This document shows positions 54,973-64,000 of a stretch of DNA of 64,000 nt, piece after piece (within the stretch, counting starts at the first letter, position 1; each line of letters opens with the position of its first letter). The notes below the pieces were generated by a model. The model worked only from the letters and a program-made list of their open reading frames with translations, searched no databases and was not told the DNA's origin. Source of the DNA: Candidatus Rokuibacteriota bacterium (GTDB lineage Bacteria > Methylomirabilota > Methylomirabilia > Rokubacteriales > CSP1-6); assembly GCA_016193045.1 (NCBI GenBank), contig JACPSW010000086.1, positions 11,135 to 75,134 of the forward strand, written 5' to 3'. The translations under genes and the position numbers were made by a program.

Positions 54973-57900
54973 ATGGCCCAGTACGAGATGAGCCTGCGCG
55001 ACCACTGGCGGATCATCCGCCGGCGTCGCTGGACTATCATCGTCTGCTCGCTCATGGTCGGCCTCTTCGCCTTCTGGTTCGCGCGGCAGCGGGAGCCCGA
55101 GTACCAGTCGACCGCGGCCATCAAGTTCGAGCAGTCCACCTCGCTCACCGGCCTTCTCGTCGAAGTTCTGTCGTTCTCTCCCTCCGACACCATCGAGACC
55201 CAGGCCGCCATCGTCCGGAGCTTCCCGGTGATGGAGCAGGTCGCCAAGCGTCTGGGCGAGCTGCCGACGACGATGCCGCCCGATGCGGTCAAGGAGTCGA
55301 GGGCGTACACGGGCGTCGTGGATGCGCTGGCGGCCAAGGTGAGGACCAACCGCGTCGCGAGCACCAACATCCTGGAGATCACCGCAACGTCGTCCGACCC
55401 GAGGAAGACAAAGGACCTGGCCAATGCCGTGGCCGAGGTGTACCGCGACGTCCAGAGCCGGACGCGGAACGCGCGGATCGTCGAGGCCCGCCAGTTCATC
55501 GAGCAGCAGCTCAAGGAGCTGGAGGGGCGGGTCAAGAGGGCGGAGGAGGCGATGTGGGCGTTCCGGGAGGCGAACCGCGTCATCGCGCCCGGCGCCGAAT
55601 CCACCGTGCTCCTCTCCCTCTTCACGCAGATCCGGGGCGAGATCGAGAAGACGCGCCAGCAGCGGACGGAGCTCGAGCTGGCGGCCGGCCGGCTGGGCCG
55701 CGCCAACGGCCCCGCGGCCCGGGAAGCGGATCGCGTGTACGTGGACACGGCCAATCCCGCCATGGTCCGTCTCCAGGCGACCCTAGCCGACCTGATGCTG
55801 GAGCGGAACAACCTGGCCCTGGAGGTGACCGACAGCCACCCGCGCTTGCAGGCCATCAACGACCGGATCCGCGAGGTCCGCGGCGAGATGCTGCGGGAGA
55901 TCCAGGCGCAGATCGCGCTCCTCCGGAACCGGGAGGAGATCCTCAGCCGTCAGATCGGGGAGCTCTTCCAGAAGAACCGGGAGGTCCCCACGATCGAGCT
56001 CTCCCTCCAGCGGCTCCAGCGGGAGGCGAAGGTCAACGACGATCTCCTCGCGCTGATGAAGACGCGCCATCAGGAAGCGCTCATCAAGGAGGCGGAGAAG
56101 ATCGAAGAGGTGACGATCATCCGCCCGGCGGTGGAGCCGTCGGCGCCGGTCGGGGGACAGGCGTTGTACCCGCTCCTGTTGGGTCTCGTGACGGGCCTGT
56201 TCCTGGGCCTGGTCCTGGCCTACGTCCAGGAGACCCTCGACACCTCCATCGGGACCATCGAGGAGGTCGAGGACTACCTGGGCGTCCCGGTCCTGGGGGT
56301 CATCCCGCACATCGACACGCGGGAGATCGTCGACCGTCTCATCGAGCGCCGGCCGGCGCTGGCCTCGCTGGACGCCGAGACGCTTTCGCGCCACGCGCTG
56401 CTGGTGTCCCACTTCGATCCCAAGTCGCCCGTGGCGGAGGCGTTCCGCAGCCTCAGGACGCGGATCCAGTTCACCACGATGGAGCACCCGGCGAAGGTCT
56501 TCCTCCTGACGAGCCCGACGCTCCAGGAGGGAAAGACGACGGTGATCGTGAACCTGGCGATCACGCTTTCCCAGGCTGGCCAGAAGACGCTTCTCGTGGG
56601 CGCCAACCTCCGCCGGCCGAGCATCCACAAGTTCTTCGGCCTCGATCGCGATCCCGGGCTCACCGACGTCCTCCTCGGCAACCTGCGGTGGGAGGACAGC
56701 ATCCGCACGGTCGCCGACATCCTGATGGGCCGCTTCGAGATGGAAGACATCATGACCGCTCCCGGGCTGGACAACCTCCACATCCTCCTCTCCGGCCCCG
56801 TGCCCGCGAACCCGTCGGAGCTGCTGTCGACCCCCCAGATGGCCGAGTTTCTCCGCCAGGCGCGGCAGCGGTACGACGTGATCCTTCTGGACGTCCCGCC
56901 CACGCTGCCGGTGACCGACGCCACCATCCTGGGCAGCCAGGTGGACGGCGTGATCCTGGTCTACCAGGCGGGCAAGGTGGGCCGGCTGGCCCTCAAGCGA
57001 GCCAAGATCCAGCTGGAGAGCGCGCGGGCCAAGGTGTGGGGCGTTGTGCTGAACGATCTGGGCGCCGAGATCGCCGGCTACGCCCCGTACCACCAGTACT
57101 ACACGCACTACTACGGGGAGGAGGGGACGGGGGAAGAAGGCCGGCGGGCCCCGCAGGGGCTGTCCGCGCGGCTGCTGGGCGCGCTCAAGGGGCTCGGGTC
57201 GCGCAAGCCGCCCCCCACGCCTCCCGCGGCGGCCCCGACGAGGGCGGAGGCCGCGAGGCCGGCGGCCAAGGCGCGGCGCCCCACGCAGTTCGGGGCCGGG
57301 GTCGCGCTCCTCGTGCTGCTGGTGCTGCTCCTGGCCGCGTTGCTGGCCTGGCGCCTGGGGCTCTTCGCGCCGACCGGCATGGGTCCCGTGCGGGAGCTCT
57401 TCCGCAGCACGCTCTCGGAGCGCGCCGCCCAGCAGAAGGGCCCGCCGGCGAGGCCGTCTCCCGCGCCGTCCCGGCCCGTCGACGCCCCGCCAGCCGGAAG
57501 GACGCCGGCCGCGCCCCCCGCGCCGCAGGCCGCGGCGTCGGCGAAGACCTCTGTCCCCGCCGACGTCCGCTATGCCCTGGAGTTCGGGCCGTTCGCGACG
57601 GCCGAAGAGGCCGAGCGCGTCGAGCGGCAGCTCAACGCGGCGGGGTACCCCACGGTGAGGTTCAGACAACAGGGCGGCGGCAATCTCTACGGCGTGTTTC
57701 TCGAGCGCGTCCCCGGCCGGCGCGAGGCCGAGGCGATCCAGGAGCGTCTCAAGGCCGAGGGGTATGCCCAGACGGCCCTCGCCGGGAGCGGGGACAATCT
57801 CTCGATCCGGGTGGGCGAGCTGACCCCGCTCCGGGCGGCGGTGCAGATCGCCGAGAAACTCCGGGCGGCGGGCTACCAGGTCCGCGTCGCCGTGCAGCCC

Positions 57901-58023
57901 GGCGAGGCCCTCAACCTCGCCATCCGCCACGGGAACTTCGCCTCCGAGGAGGAGGCGGGCGCCCGGAGCCGCGACCTCAGCCAGAAGGGCCTTTCCGGCC
58001 ACCGGGTCGTCCGGGTGAAGTAG
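54973..58023 (+). CDS. Wzc-like polysaccharide co-polymerase / BY-kinase with a C-terminal TM segment and two SPOR-like domains
   Basis: Wzz chain-length N-domain, coiled-coil and Walker A LTSPTLQEGKTTV are present. The Tyr cluster is YAPYHQYYTHYYG. The Walker A' is DVILLDVPP (Walker B: GVILVY). This is followed by a Pro-rich linker, a TM helix and two SPOR-like repeats YALEFGPFATAEEAERVERQLNAAGYP / AVQIAEKLRAAGYQV. Confidence 0.8.
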   Translation: MAQYEMSLRDHWRIIRRRRWTIIVCSLMVGLFAFWFARQREPEYQSTAAIKFEQSTSLTGLLVEVLSFSPSDTIETQAAIVRSFPVMEQVAKRLGELPTTMPPDAVKESRAYTGVVDALAAKVRTNRVASTNILEITATSSDPRKTKDLANAVAEVYRDVQSRTRNARIVEARQFIEQQLKELEGRVKRAEEAMWAFREANRVIAPGAESTVLLSLFTQIRGEIEKTRQQRTELELAAGRLGRANGPAAREADRVYVDTANPAMVRLQATLADLMLERNNLALEVTDSHPRLQAINDRIREVRGEMLREIQAQIALLRNREEILSRQIGELFQKNREVPTIELSLQRLQREAKVNDDLLALMKTRHQEALIKEAEKIEEVTIIRPAVEPSAPVGGQALYPLLLGLVTGLFLGLVLAYVQETLDTSIGTIEEVEDYLGVPVLGVIPHIDTREIVDRLIERRPALASLDAETLSRHALLVSHFDPKSPVAEAFRSLRTRIQFTTMEHPAKVFLLTSPTLQEGKTTVIVNLAITLSQAGQKTLLVGANLRRPSIHKFFGLDRDPGLTDVLLGNLRWEDSIRTVADILMGRFEMEDIMTAPGLDNLHILLSGPVPANPSELLSTPQMAEFLRQARQRYDVILLDVPPTLPVTDATILGSQVDGVILVYQAGKVGRLALKRAKIQLESARAKVWGVVLNDLGAEIAGYAPYHQYYTHYYGEEGTGEEGRRAPQGLSARLLGALKGLGSRKPPPTPPAAAPTRAEAARPAAKARRPTQFGAGVALLVLLVLLLAALLAWRLGLFAPTGMGPVRELFRSTLSERAAQQKGPPARPSPAPSRPVDAPPAGRTPAAPPAPQAAASAKTSVPADVRYALEFGPFATAEEAERVERQLNAAGYPTVRFRQQGGGNLYGVFLERVPGRREAEAIQERLKAEGYAQTALAGSGDNLSIRVGELTPLRAAVQIAEKLRAAGYQVRVAVQPGEALNLAIRHGNFASEEEAGARSRDLSQKGLSGHRVVRVK

Positions 58024-58050
58024 CCCGTCGCCCCGGGCCTGGGTTCGGCG

Positions 58051-59454
58051 GTGCGATCAGGTCTCCCCCAGTCGGCTTCCATCCCCGGCGCCCTCGCCCG
58101 CGTCGTGCTGTTCGGCCTCGTCCTGTTCGGCGGGGCGCTGCTGGTGTCGCAGGGGCTCACGCTCACGCGGCTCGAATACGCGCTCGGCTTCGTGGCGGCC
58201 GGGGCGGTGTTCGTCCTGGTCTTCCTCCGCACCGAGGTCGGCCTCTACCTGGCGCTCCTCTCCATGCTCCTCTCTCCCGAGTTCGCGATCGGGGGGCGGG
58301 GTGGGCTGGTCGAGCAGCGGGAGGTCGTCCTCCGCGCTGAAGACCTCCTGCTGATCGTCATCGCGCTCAGCTGGATGGCGAAGACGGCGGTCAACAAGGA
58401 GCTGGGCGTGGTGCTGAAGACGCCGTTGAACCGCCCCATCGCGGTCTACATCGCCACCCATCTCCTGGCGACGCTCGTGGGGTACCTGACGGGAACGGTG
58501 AAGAGCGCCGCGGGATTCTTCTACGTGCTCAAGTACGCCGAGTATTTCGTCATTTACTACATGGTGGTCAACAACCTGCAGGACCGCTCGCAGGCCTGGC
58601 GCCTCATCCGCGTCGCGTTCCTCACGGCCGTCGTCGTCAGCCTGATCGGGCTCGCGCAGATTCCATCCGGCCAGCGGGTCTCGGCCCCCTTCGAGGGCGA
58701 GGCGGGAGAGCCGAACACCTTCGGAGGCTACCTGCTCTTGATGCTGGGCCTCGCCGCCGGAATTTTTCTCGAGTCGCCGCGCGCGCGGATCCGGACGTGG
58801 TGCCTGGGCTTCCTGGCGCTGGCGGCCCTGCCCTTCCTCTACACGCTCTCGCGGGCCTCGTATCTGGGTGTGATTCCGCTGCTCGGCGTCCTCGCGCTCC
58901 TGTCCAGCCGCCGGAGGCTCGTGGTGGGGGTGCTCCTCGCGCTGCTGGTGGGCTCGCCGGTGGTCGCCTATCTCGCCCCGACGCCGGTCGTCAAGCGCAT
59001 CCTCTACACCTTCGAGCCGGAGGCGGGGCAGCCCACGGTCACCGTGGGGCGGGTCGCCCTGGATCCGTCTACCTCCGTCCGGCTCCTGAGCTTCGGGCAG
59101 GCGCTGGAGGGCTGGGCCAAGCGCCCGGTCCTGGGGTATGGCGTCACGGGCTTCGCGTTCATGGACGCGCAGTATCCGCGGACGCTGGTAGAAACCGGCC
59201 TGGTGGGGCTGGCGGCGTTCTTCTGGCTGGCGTGGTCGGTCCTCCGGGGCGGCGTCCGCGCGTTCCATGCCCTCGGAGATCCGCTGGAGCGCGGCCTCGC
59301 GCTCGGCTTCGTGGCCGGCACGGCGGCCCTGCTCACGCACGCGATCGGGGCGAACACCTTCATCATCGTGCGGATCATGGAGCCCTTCTGGTTCTTCGCA
59401 GGGGTCGTGACCATGCTGCCCTCGCTCCAGCGCGCCGAAGCGCGGAATGACTAG
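58051..59454 (+). CDS. O-antigen ligase / Wzy-like polymerase
   Basis: About 11 TM helices with a Wzy_C-like loop ...RASYLG.... Confidence 0.65.
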   Translation: MRSGLPQSASIPGALARVVLFGLVLFGGALLVSQGLTLTRLEYALGFVAAGAVFVLVFLRTEVGLYLALLSMLLSPEFAIGGRGGLVEQREVVLRAEDLLLIVIALSWMAKTAVNKELGVVLKTPLNRPIAVYIATHLLATLVGYLTGTVKSAAGFFYVLKYAEYFVIYYMVVNNLQDRSQAWRLIRVAFLTAVVVSLIGLAQIPSGQRVSAPFEGEAGEPNTFGGYLLLMLGLAAGIFLESPRARIRTWCLGFLALAALPFLYTLSRASYLGVIPLLGVLALLSSRRRLVVGVLLALLVGSPVVAYLAPTPVVKRILYTFEPEAGQPTVTVGRVALDPSTSVRLLSFGQALEGWAKRPVLGYGVTGFAFMDAQYPRTLVETGLVGLAAFFWLAWSVLRGGVRAFHALGDPLERGLALGFVAGTAALLTHAIGANTFIIVRIMEPFWFFAGVVTMLPSLQRAEARND

Positions 59455-60994
59455 CCCGCGCCTCTGGCGCCTCGGCCTGGGAGGCGTGCTCCTTCTCACC
59501 GTGGCCGTCCGCCTCGCGTACGCGAGCCGGCTCGGCGACTTCATCGACGGCGACGAGGCGGTGAGCGGGCTCATGGCGTTCCGGATCGCCGAGGGTCGGG
59601 ACTTCCCCCTCTACCAGTGGGAAGCCCACTACTCGGGCACGTTGATGTCCTATCTCGGCGCCCTCCTCTTTCTGGTGTTCGAGCCGACCCCGTTCGTCTT
59701 CCGATTCTCGGCGCTGCCGCTGAGCCTGGTCGCCACCGCTGCCTTTGCGGCGGCGGCCCGCACGCTGTGGGGGCCCGGGCCGGCGCTGGCGGCCGCCCTC
59801 TGGGTCGCGGTGGGCCCGCCGCTGGCGCTCGGCTACTCGTCTCAGGTCCTCTCGGCCTATCCCGAGATCCTCGCCTTCGGAGGGCTCGCGCTCTGGCTCG
59901 GCGCCCGGCTCGGAGTCCGGGAGGGGCGTCCCCGCGACTGGGCGCTCCTTGGGGCAGCGGGGGGATTCGGCGTCTACAGCCAGCCGCTCGTCTTGCCCGT
60001 GTTCGTGGCGATCCTGTGGGCGCTCCGGCGCCACGGGGCCGGCCCGAGCTGGCGCGAGTCACGGTTGCTCGGAGCGGGGTTCCTTGTGGGCTTTTCCCCC
60101 TTCCTCGTCTACAACGCGGCGTACCGGGGGGCGTCGGTCCTCCGCCTGGCCGGCCGGGTCCTGAATCTCTCCCGGGCCGAGGTGACTCAGGCGTCCAACC
60201 TCTCCTCCCTCGTTGCCGAAAAGGCCGGCGCGTACCTCGAGCAACTCCTGAGCTTCCCGCGGATCCTGGCGGCCAATGTCCCCCCGTTCCTCGGTCTCCC
60301 CTGGTGGGGCGCCTGGGGGCTGGTTGCGCTGGTGGCGGCCGGCGTCTTCCTGCCCCGGGGTCGCGCGGCCGGCGAGTCGTCCCCGGCGGTGCGCCACCCG
60401 GGGGCCTGGGAGCTCGGCCGGGCGTTCGTGGGCTGGTCGGGCCTCGCCACGATCCTCTTCGTCTGGCCGCTGGGACTCGATCGGGCGCGCCACCTCTTCC
60501 CCCTCTACCTGCCGGTCGCGCTGGGCCTGGCCGCCCTCTGGGGCCGCCTGGCCGGCGCGGTGCGCGTGGCGGCGATGGGAGGCCTCGCGCTGCTGCTCCT
60601 GAGCAACCTCGCCGGGGCCCGGCAGCAAGCCCGGGACGTCGGCCCCCGGATGGCGGGCCTCCTGGAGGCCCTGCGCCGGGAGGGCGTGGGGTTCGTCTAT
60701 ACGGACTACTTCATCGCCTACCCCCTCGTCTTCCTCTCCCGGGAAGCCGTCCTCGCCTCCCCCGCGGCGGGTCCGGTCAACGTCGATCGCTTCCCTCCCT
60801 ACACCGAGGCCGTGTCCCGATCCGCGCGCCCGGCGTACGTCTTTCTCCGGGACACCGAGCCGTCGGCCGTGTTCGTCGCGGAGATGCGGCGGGCGGGTGG
60901 CGCGTTCCGCCACGAGCGGGTCGGCGACTTCGACCTCTACCTCCCCGACCGGCACGTTCGCCCCAATGAGCTGGCGCTGCTCAAACGCTTCTGA
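59447..60994 (+). CDS. GT39/ArnT-like membrane glycosyltransferase (PMT_2 family)
   Basis: The N-terminus is multi-TM with the acidic-loop motif DGDEAVSGLMA (PMT-type DE motif). The protein is about 515 aa. Confidence 0.55.
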   Translation: MTSPRLWRLGLGGVLLLTVAVRLAYASRLGDFIDGDEAVSGLMAFRIAEGRDFPLYQWEAHYSGTLMSYLGALLFLVFEPTPFVFRFSALPLSLVATAAFAAAARTLWGPGPALAAALWVAVGPPLALGYSSQVLSAYPEILAFGGLALWLGARLGVREGRPRDWALLGAAGGFGVYSQPLVLPVFVAILWALRRHGAGPSWRESRLLGAGFLVGFSPFLVYNAAYRGASVLRLAGRVLNLSRAEVTQASNLSSLVAEKAGAYLEQLLSFPRILAANVPPFLGLPWWGAWGLVALVAAGVFLPRGRAAGESSPAVRHPGAWELGRAFVGWSGLATILFVWPLGLDRARHLFPLYLPVALGLAALWGRLAGAVRVAAMGGLALLLLSNLAGARQQARDVGPRMAGLLEALRREGVGFVYTDYFIAYPLVFLSREAVLASPAAGPVNVDRFPPYTEAVSRSARPAYVFLRDTEPSAVFVAEMRRAGGAFRHERVGDFDLYLPDRHVRPNELALLKRF

Positions 60995-61056
60995 GGCGCG
61001 CTGGTTCCCATGAGCCATCGCGTGTCCACCGCTGCCGGCTCGCCCTCCGAGGATCG

Positions 61057-62487
61057 ATGAGCCTCCGCGTGCTCGCGCGCAACGCGCTCTCTCTGATCGG
61101 GGCCAACGTCGTCACGAACGCCGTGGGCTTCGCCGTCACCGTCCTGCTGGTCAGGCACCTCGGCGTGGAAGGGATCGGCCGGTACACTTACGCCACCACG
61201 TACGCAGCGCTCTTCGGCATCCTCTCGAGCTTCGGGCTGTACCTGGTGCTGACCCGCCAGGTCGCCGCCGAGCCGGGGGCGGCGGGCGCGCGGCTGGGGT
61301 CCGTGCTCCTCTTGCAAGCGTTCCTCGTGCCCCTCGCGCTCGGGGTCACGGTGGGGAGCGCGCTCGTCCTCCATCCCGCGTCCGACGCGCTGCCCATCGG
61401 GCTGGCCGGCGTGGGCGTCGGGCTGGCGTCGCTGGCGGGCACGTACGGGGCCGTCGTCACGGGGCGGGAGAAGATCCACCTCAACGCCGCCGTGAACTTG
61501 GGGATGGCCCTGCTGTGGGGCCTCCTGGCCCTGGCCCTGGTCGGCCTCGGGCTCGGCGTGACCGGCCTGATCGTGTTCTTCGTGGTCCACAAGCTGGCGA
61601 ACGTGCTCGCGCTCCGGGCGGTGACCAGGCGGGCCTGCGGGATCAGCCCGCGCTTCGGCGTGCGGGAGCTTCCGACGCGTGACCTCCTGCGGGCCGCGGC
61701 CCCTTTCGCCCTGCTGATCGTGCTGAATGACCTCTACTGGAACGCCGGCATGATCCTGGTGGGGCGCCTCCGCGGCGCCGAGGAGGTGGGGATCTTCGCG
61801 GTTGCGTACCGGGTGATCGCGGTCCTCGTGGCCGTGGTCGGGACGGTGTCCGGGGTGCTCTACCCCCGCCTGGCGCACCTCTTCACCGCCGACGCCGCGG
61901 GCTTCGTCCTGCTGATGGGGCGGACCCGGAAGTACGCGCTGGCGATCGGCCTGCCGCTCGGGCTCGCCGTCTCGCTGCTCGCCGACCGGATCATCGTCGT
62001 CCTGTTCGGTCCGGCGTTCGCGGACGCCGGCGGCTCCCTCCGGCTCCTGGGATGGTTCATCCCGCTCCTCTGCGTCTACTCCCCCCTCTCCTACGCCATG
62101 CTGGCCATGGCGGAGGAGCGGACGTGGCTGATCCTCCATTCCGTCGCGACCGGGGTGGTCATCGGCGGCAGCCTCCTGCTGGTCCCCGCGCTGGGGCACC
62201 TCGGAGCCGCTGGCGCGCTCCTCGCCTCCGGGGTGTTCCTGGCCGCCGCGGTGCCGTGGGCCATCACGGCCAGGGGGATCCCGGTGGCCCTCACGCCGGC
62301 CGACCTGAAGGTGGTCGGGGCGTGTGGCGCGATGGGGGTGACGCTCTGGTGGCTTCGCGGGGTTCCGGTCCTGGCGCTCGTCGCATCGGTCACGGCCTAC
62401 GCGGCGATCCTGCATCTGGCGGGGTTCGTGACGGCCGACGAGCGCCTCTCGGTTCGCACGTCCTTCGCCATCCGGGGAGAACGATGA
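61057..62487 (+). CDS. Wzx-type polysaccharide flippase (MOP superfamily)
   Basis: 12-14 TM helices with an MOP pattern. The N-terminus is NALSLIGANVVTNAVGFAVTVLLVRHLG. Confidence 0.7.
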   Translation: MSLRVLARNALSLIGANVVTNAVGFAVTVLLVRHLGVEGIGRYTYATTYAALFGILSSFGLYLVLTRQVAAEPGAAGARLGSVLLLQAFLVPLALGVTVGSALVLHPASDALPIGLAGVGVGLASLAGTYGAVVTGREKIHLNAAVNLGMALLWGLLALALVGLGLGVTGLIVFFVVHKLANVLALRAVTRRACGISPRFGVRELPTRDLLRAAAPFALLIVLNDLYWNAGMILVGRLRGAEEVGIFAVAYRVIAVLVAVVGTVSGVLYPRLAHLFTADAAGFVLLMGRTRKYALAIGLPLGLAVSLLADRIIVVLFGPAFADAGGSLRLLGWFIPLLCVYSPLSYAMLAMAEERTWLILHSVATGVVIGGSLLLVPALGHLGAAGALLASGVFLAAAVPWAITARGIPVALTPADLKVVGACGAMGVTLWWLRGVPVLALVASVTAYAAILHLAGFVTADERLSVRTSFAIRGER

Positions 62488-63509
62488 TGGAGACGGTCCA
62501 GGCCTGTGAGCTCTGTGGCGGGCGGGCGTTCACCCCGGTCCTGTCGCAGCGGGATCTCCTGTTCGACCGCCCCGCCCCCGTCTTTCAAGTCGTCCGCTGC
62601 GATCGCTGCACCTTGCTCTTCACCAACCCCAGGCCCGTGGGCGCGGAGCTGGCCGCCTACTACCCCGAGGATTATTACTATCGCTCCCAGGTCGATTGCC
62701 TGTTCCACCAGTATCAGGACGGCAAAGCCCGTTCCTGGAAGCGTCGCCTGAAGGCCGTGCTGCTGGAGCATTACTACGGCTACCCTCCGGCGGCCGCCGG
62801 GAACCATGGGTGGCTCCAGCGTCTTCTCAGGGGGCCGCTCCTTTCTCCCCTCTACGTCTATGTCCGCACCTGGCGGGACCCGTTCTTGATTCCCTTCGTC
62901 GGGGAGGGGAAGCTCCTGGACGTGGGCTGCGGGCTGGGGTTCACCCTGGCGCGGTATCGAGAGTGGGGGTGGACCCCCTCGGGAGTGGAGTTCAGCGCGG
63001 CCGCGGGCCGGTATGCCCGCGAGGTGCTGGGGCTGCCCGTCTTCCAGGGGGAGCTGCTGGACGCGAAATTCCCCTCGGAGTCCTTCGACGTCGTCCTATT
63101 TCAGCACTCCCTGGAACACTTTCCGTTTCCATCGCTCGAATTGCGCGAGGCCCATCGGATCCTGAAGGGCTCGGGGCGCCTGGTGGTGATGGTCCCCAAC
63201 GCCGGCGGTGTGGATGCCCGGCTGTTCGGGCGCTGGTGGGTCAACTGGGATGTGCCGCGGCACCTGTTTCACTTCACCCCGCGGACGGCTTCGGCGTTGC
63301 TGGCGAAGGCGGGGTTCCGGGTGCAACGCATCGTGCTGGATCGGACCCCCACCAACTTCGTCGCGAGCATCCTCTACCTGGGGAAGTACAAGTTCGGTGC
63401 GCCGCGCACCTCCGAGCGGGCGCTCCGCCTCGCCTTCCGTCCCGTCAGCGGTGTCCTCGCGCTGCTGCGGCTGGCGGGGCACATGACCATCTTCTGCGAC
63501 AAGGCCTGA
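62484..63509 (+). CDS. SAM-dependent methyltransferase with an N-terminal zinc ribbon
   Basis: CELCGG...CDRC is followed by LLDVGCGLG (motif I). Its ATGA overlaps the wzx stop. Confidence 0.7.
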   Translation: MMETVQACELCGGRAFTPVLSQRDLLFDRPAPVFQVVRCDRCTLLFTNPRPVGAELAAYYPEDYYYRSQVDCLFHQYQDGKARSWKRRLKAVLLEHYYGYPPAAAGNHGWLQRLLRGPLLSPLYVYVRTWRDPFLIPFVGEGKLLDVGCGLGFTLARYREWGWTPSGVEFSAAAGRYAREVLGLPVFQGELLDAKFPSESFDVVLFQHSLEHFPFPSLELREAHRILKGSGRLVVMVPNAGGVDARLFGRWWVNWDVPRHLFHFTPRTASALLAKAGFRVQRIVLDRTPTNFVASILYLGKYKFGAPRTSERALRLAFRPVSGVLALLRLAGHMTIFCDKA

Positions 63510-63519
63510 GCACGGCACG

Positions 63520-64000
63520 ATGGCTCGGATCCTCCTCGCCGATTACCCCAACCCGGACGGCCGGGCCCGGTTCCGGGCGCTGACTGAGCTCGGCCACGAC
63601 GTCGCGTTCTTCGACACCCAGGCCCCCACGCTCGGGACGCCGATCCCGACCCGCGCGCGAGGGGCCGCCCGGGCGCTGCTCCCGTTCTACGATCGACTGT
63701 CGAAGCTGATCAACACGCGCATGGCGAGCGCCCGGCTCCTGGGGGAGTGCCGGAAGTTCCGCCCCGACATTCTCCTGGTCATCAAGGGGGCGAACCTCCG
63801 GGCCTCCGTCCTGCGGCGGATCAGGCGACGGCTGAAGCCGCTCCTCGTCAACTGGTACGGCGACTCGCTCCTGACGCCCGGCGCGGCGGAGTTCGTCGAA
63901 CGGGATTCGGGCGCGTACGATTTCTTCTTCATCATCGACGACGCGCGGGCGCTCGAGCGGGTCAGGGTTCGATCCTCCCACGTGGCGACGCTGCCATTCG
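63520..64000 (+). CDS. Partial (3'-truncated) CgeB-like / glycosyltransferase-associated protein
   Basis: MARILLADYP...PDILLVIKGANL... has a glycosyltransferase N-terminal Rossmann-like pattern. It runs off the window. Confidence 0.35.
   Translation, partial: MARILLADYPNPDGRARFRALTELGHDVAFFDTQAPTLGTPIPTRARGAARALLPFYDRLSKLINTRMASARLLGECRKFRPDILLVIKGANLRASVLRRIRRRLKPLLVNWYGDSLLTPGAAEFVERDSGAYDFFFIIDDARALERVRVRSSHVATLPF

Overview
This is a high-GC (about 68%) chromosomal window from a Gram-negative bacterium that uses sigma-54/NtrC regulation and encodes selenoproteins. By gene content it could be deltaproteobacterial or Rokubacteria-like, but that is weak inference. The first 13 kb is conserved housekeeping. 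It carries gatCAB, ftsEX with an envC-like M23 activator, the ctpA protease, tsaD, an NtrB/NtrC-type two-component pair, tusA and thiC with its TPP riboswitch. The next 37 kb is accessory-like and holds most of the interesting items.

- **Selenoprotein candidates:** Two genes carry an in-frame TGA exactly where a family-conserved redox cysteine should sit, each with a stem-loop 20-35 nt downstream. One is a Spx/ArsC-like protein with a UxxC motif. The other belongs to the C_GCAxxG_C_C family.
- **MITE copies:** Two copies of a roughly 210-bp MITE with about 20-bp terminal inverted repeats lie precisely between the stop codons of convergent genes.
- **Palindromic repeat:** A recurring 50-nt nested-palindrome (REP-like) element overlaps gene starts and stops.
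- **Adenylate cyclase paralogs:** Two paralogous class-III adenylate-cyclase / STAND-ATPase / TPR giants are present. One of them overlaps a B12-binding radical-SAM gene.
- **Toxin-antitoxin pair:** A VapBC module is present.
- **Sigma-54 promoters:** Two near-consensus sigma-54 promoters were found.
- **Candidate RiPP operon (45.5-48.7 kb):** This is the most system-like item and appears uncharacterised. It is a compact, translationally coupled operon. A 54-aa Gly/Cys-rich precursor-like peptide ending in Ser is followed by an HPr-kinase-like P-loop kinase. Next come a radical-SAM/SPASM maturase with no fused RRE domain, and a PF14907-type nucleotidyltransferase. An orphan PqqD-like RRE gene sits 7.5 kb upstream, flanked by an S26-family peptidase-like gene and a SAM methyltransferase.
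- **EPS locus:** The last 13 kb is a Wza/Wzc/Wzy/Wzx exopolysaccharide locus. It includes an ExeA-like ATPase, a degenerate HD-GYP protein and a Wzc with C-terminal SPOR domains.

Many long ORFs in the supplied track are antisense GC-frame artefacts and were not called.
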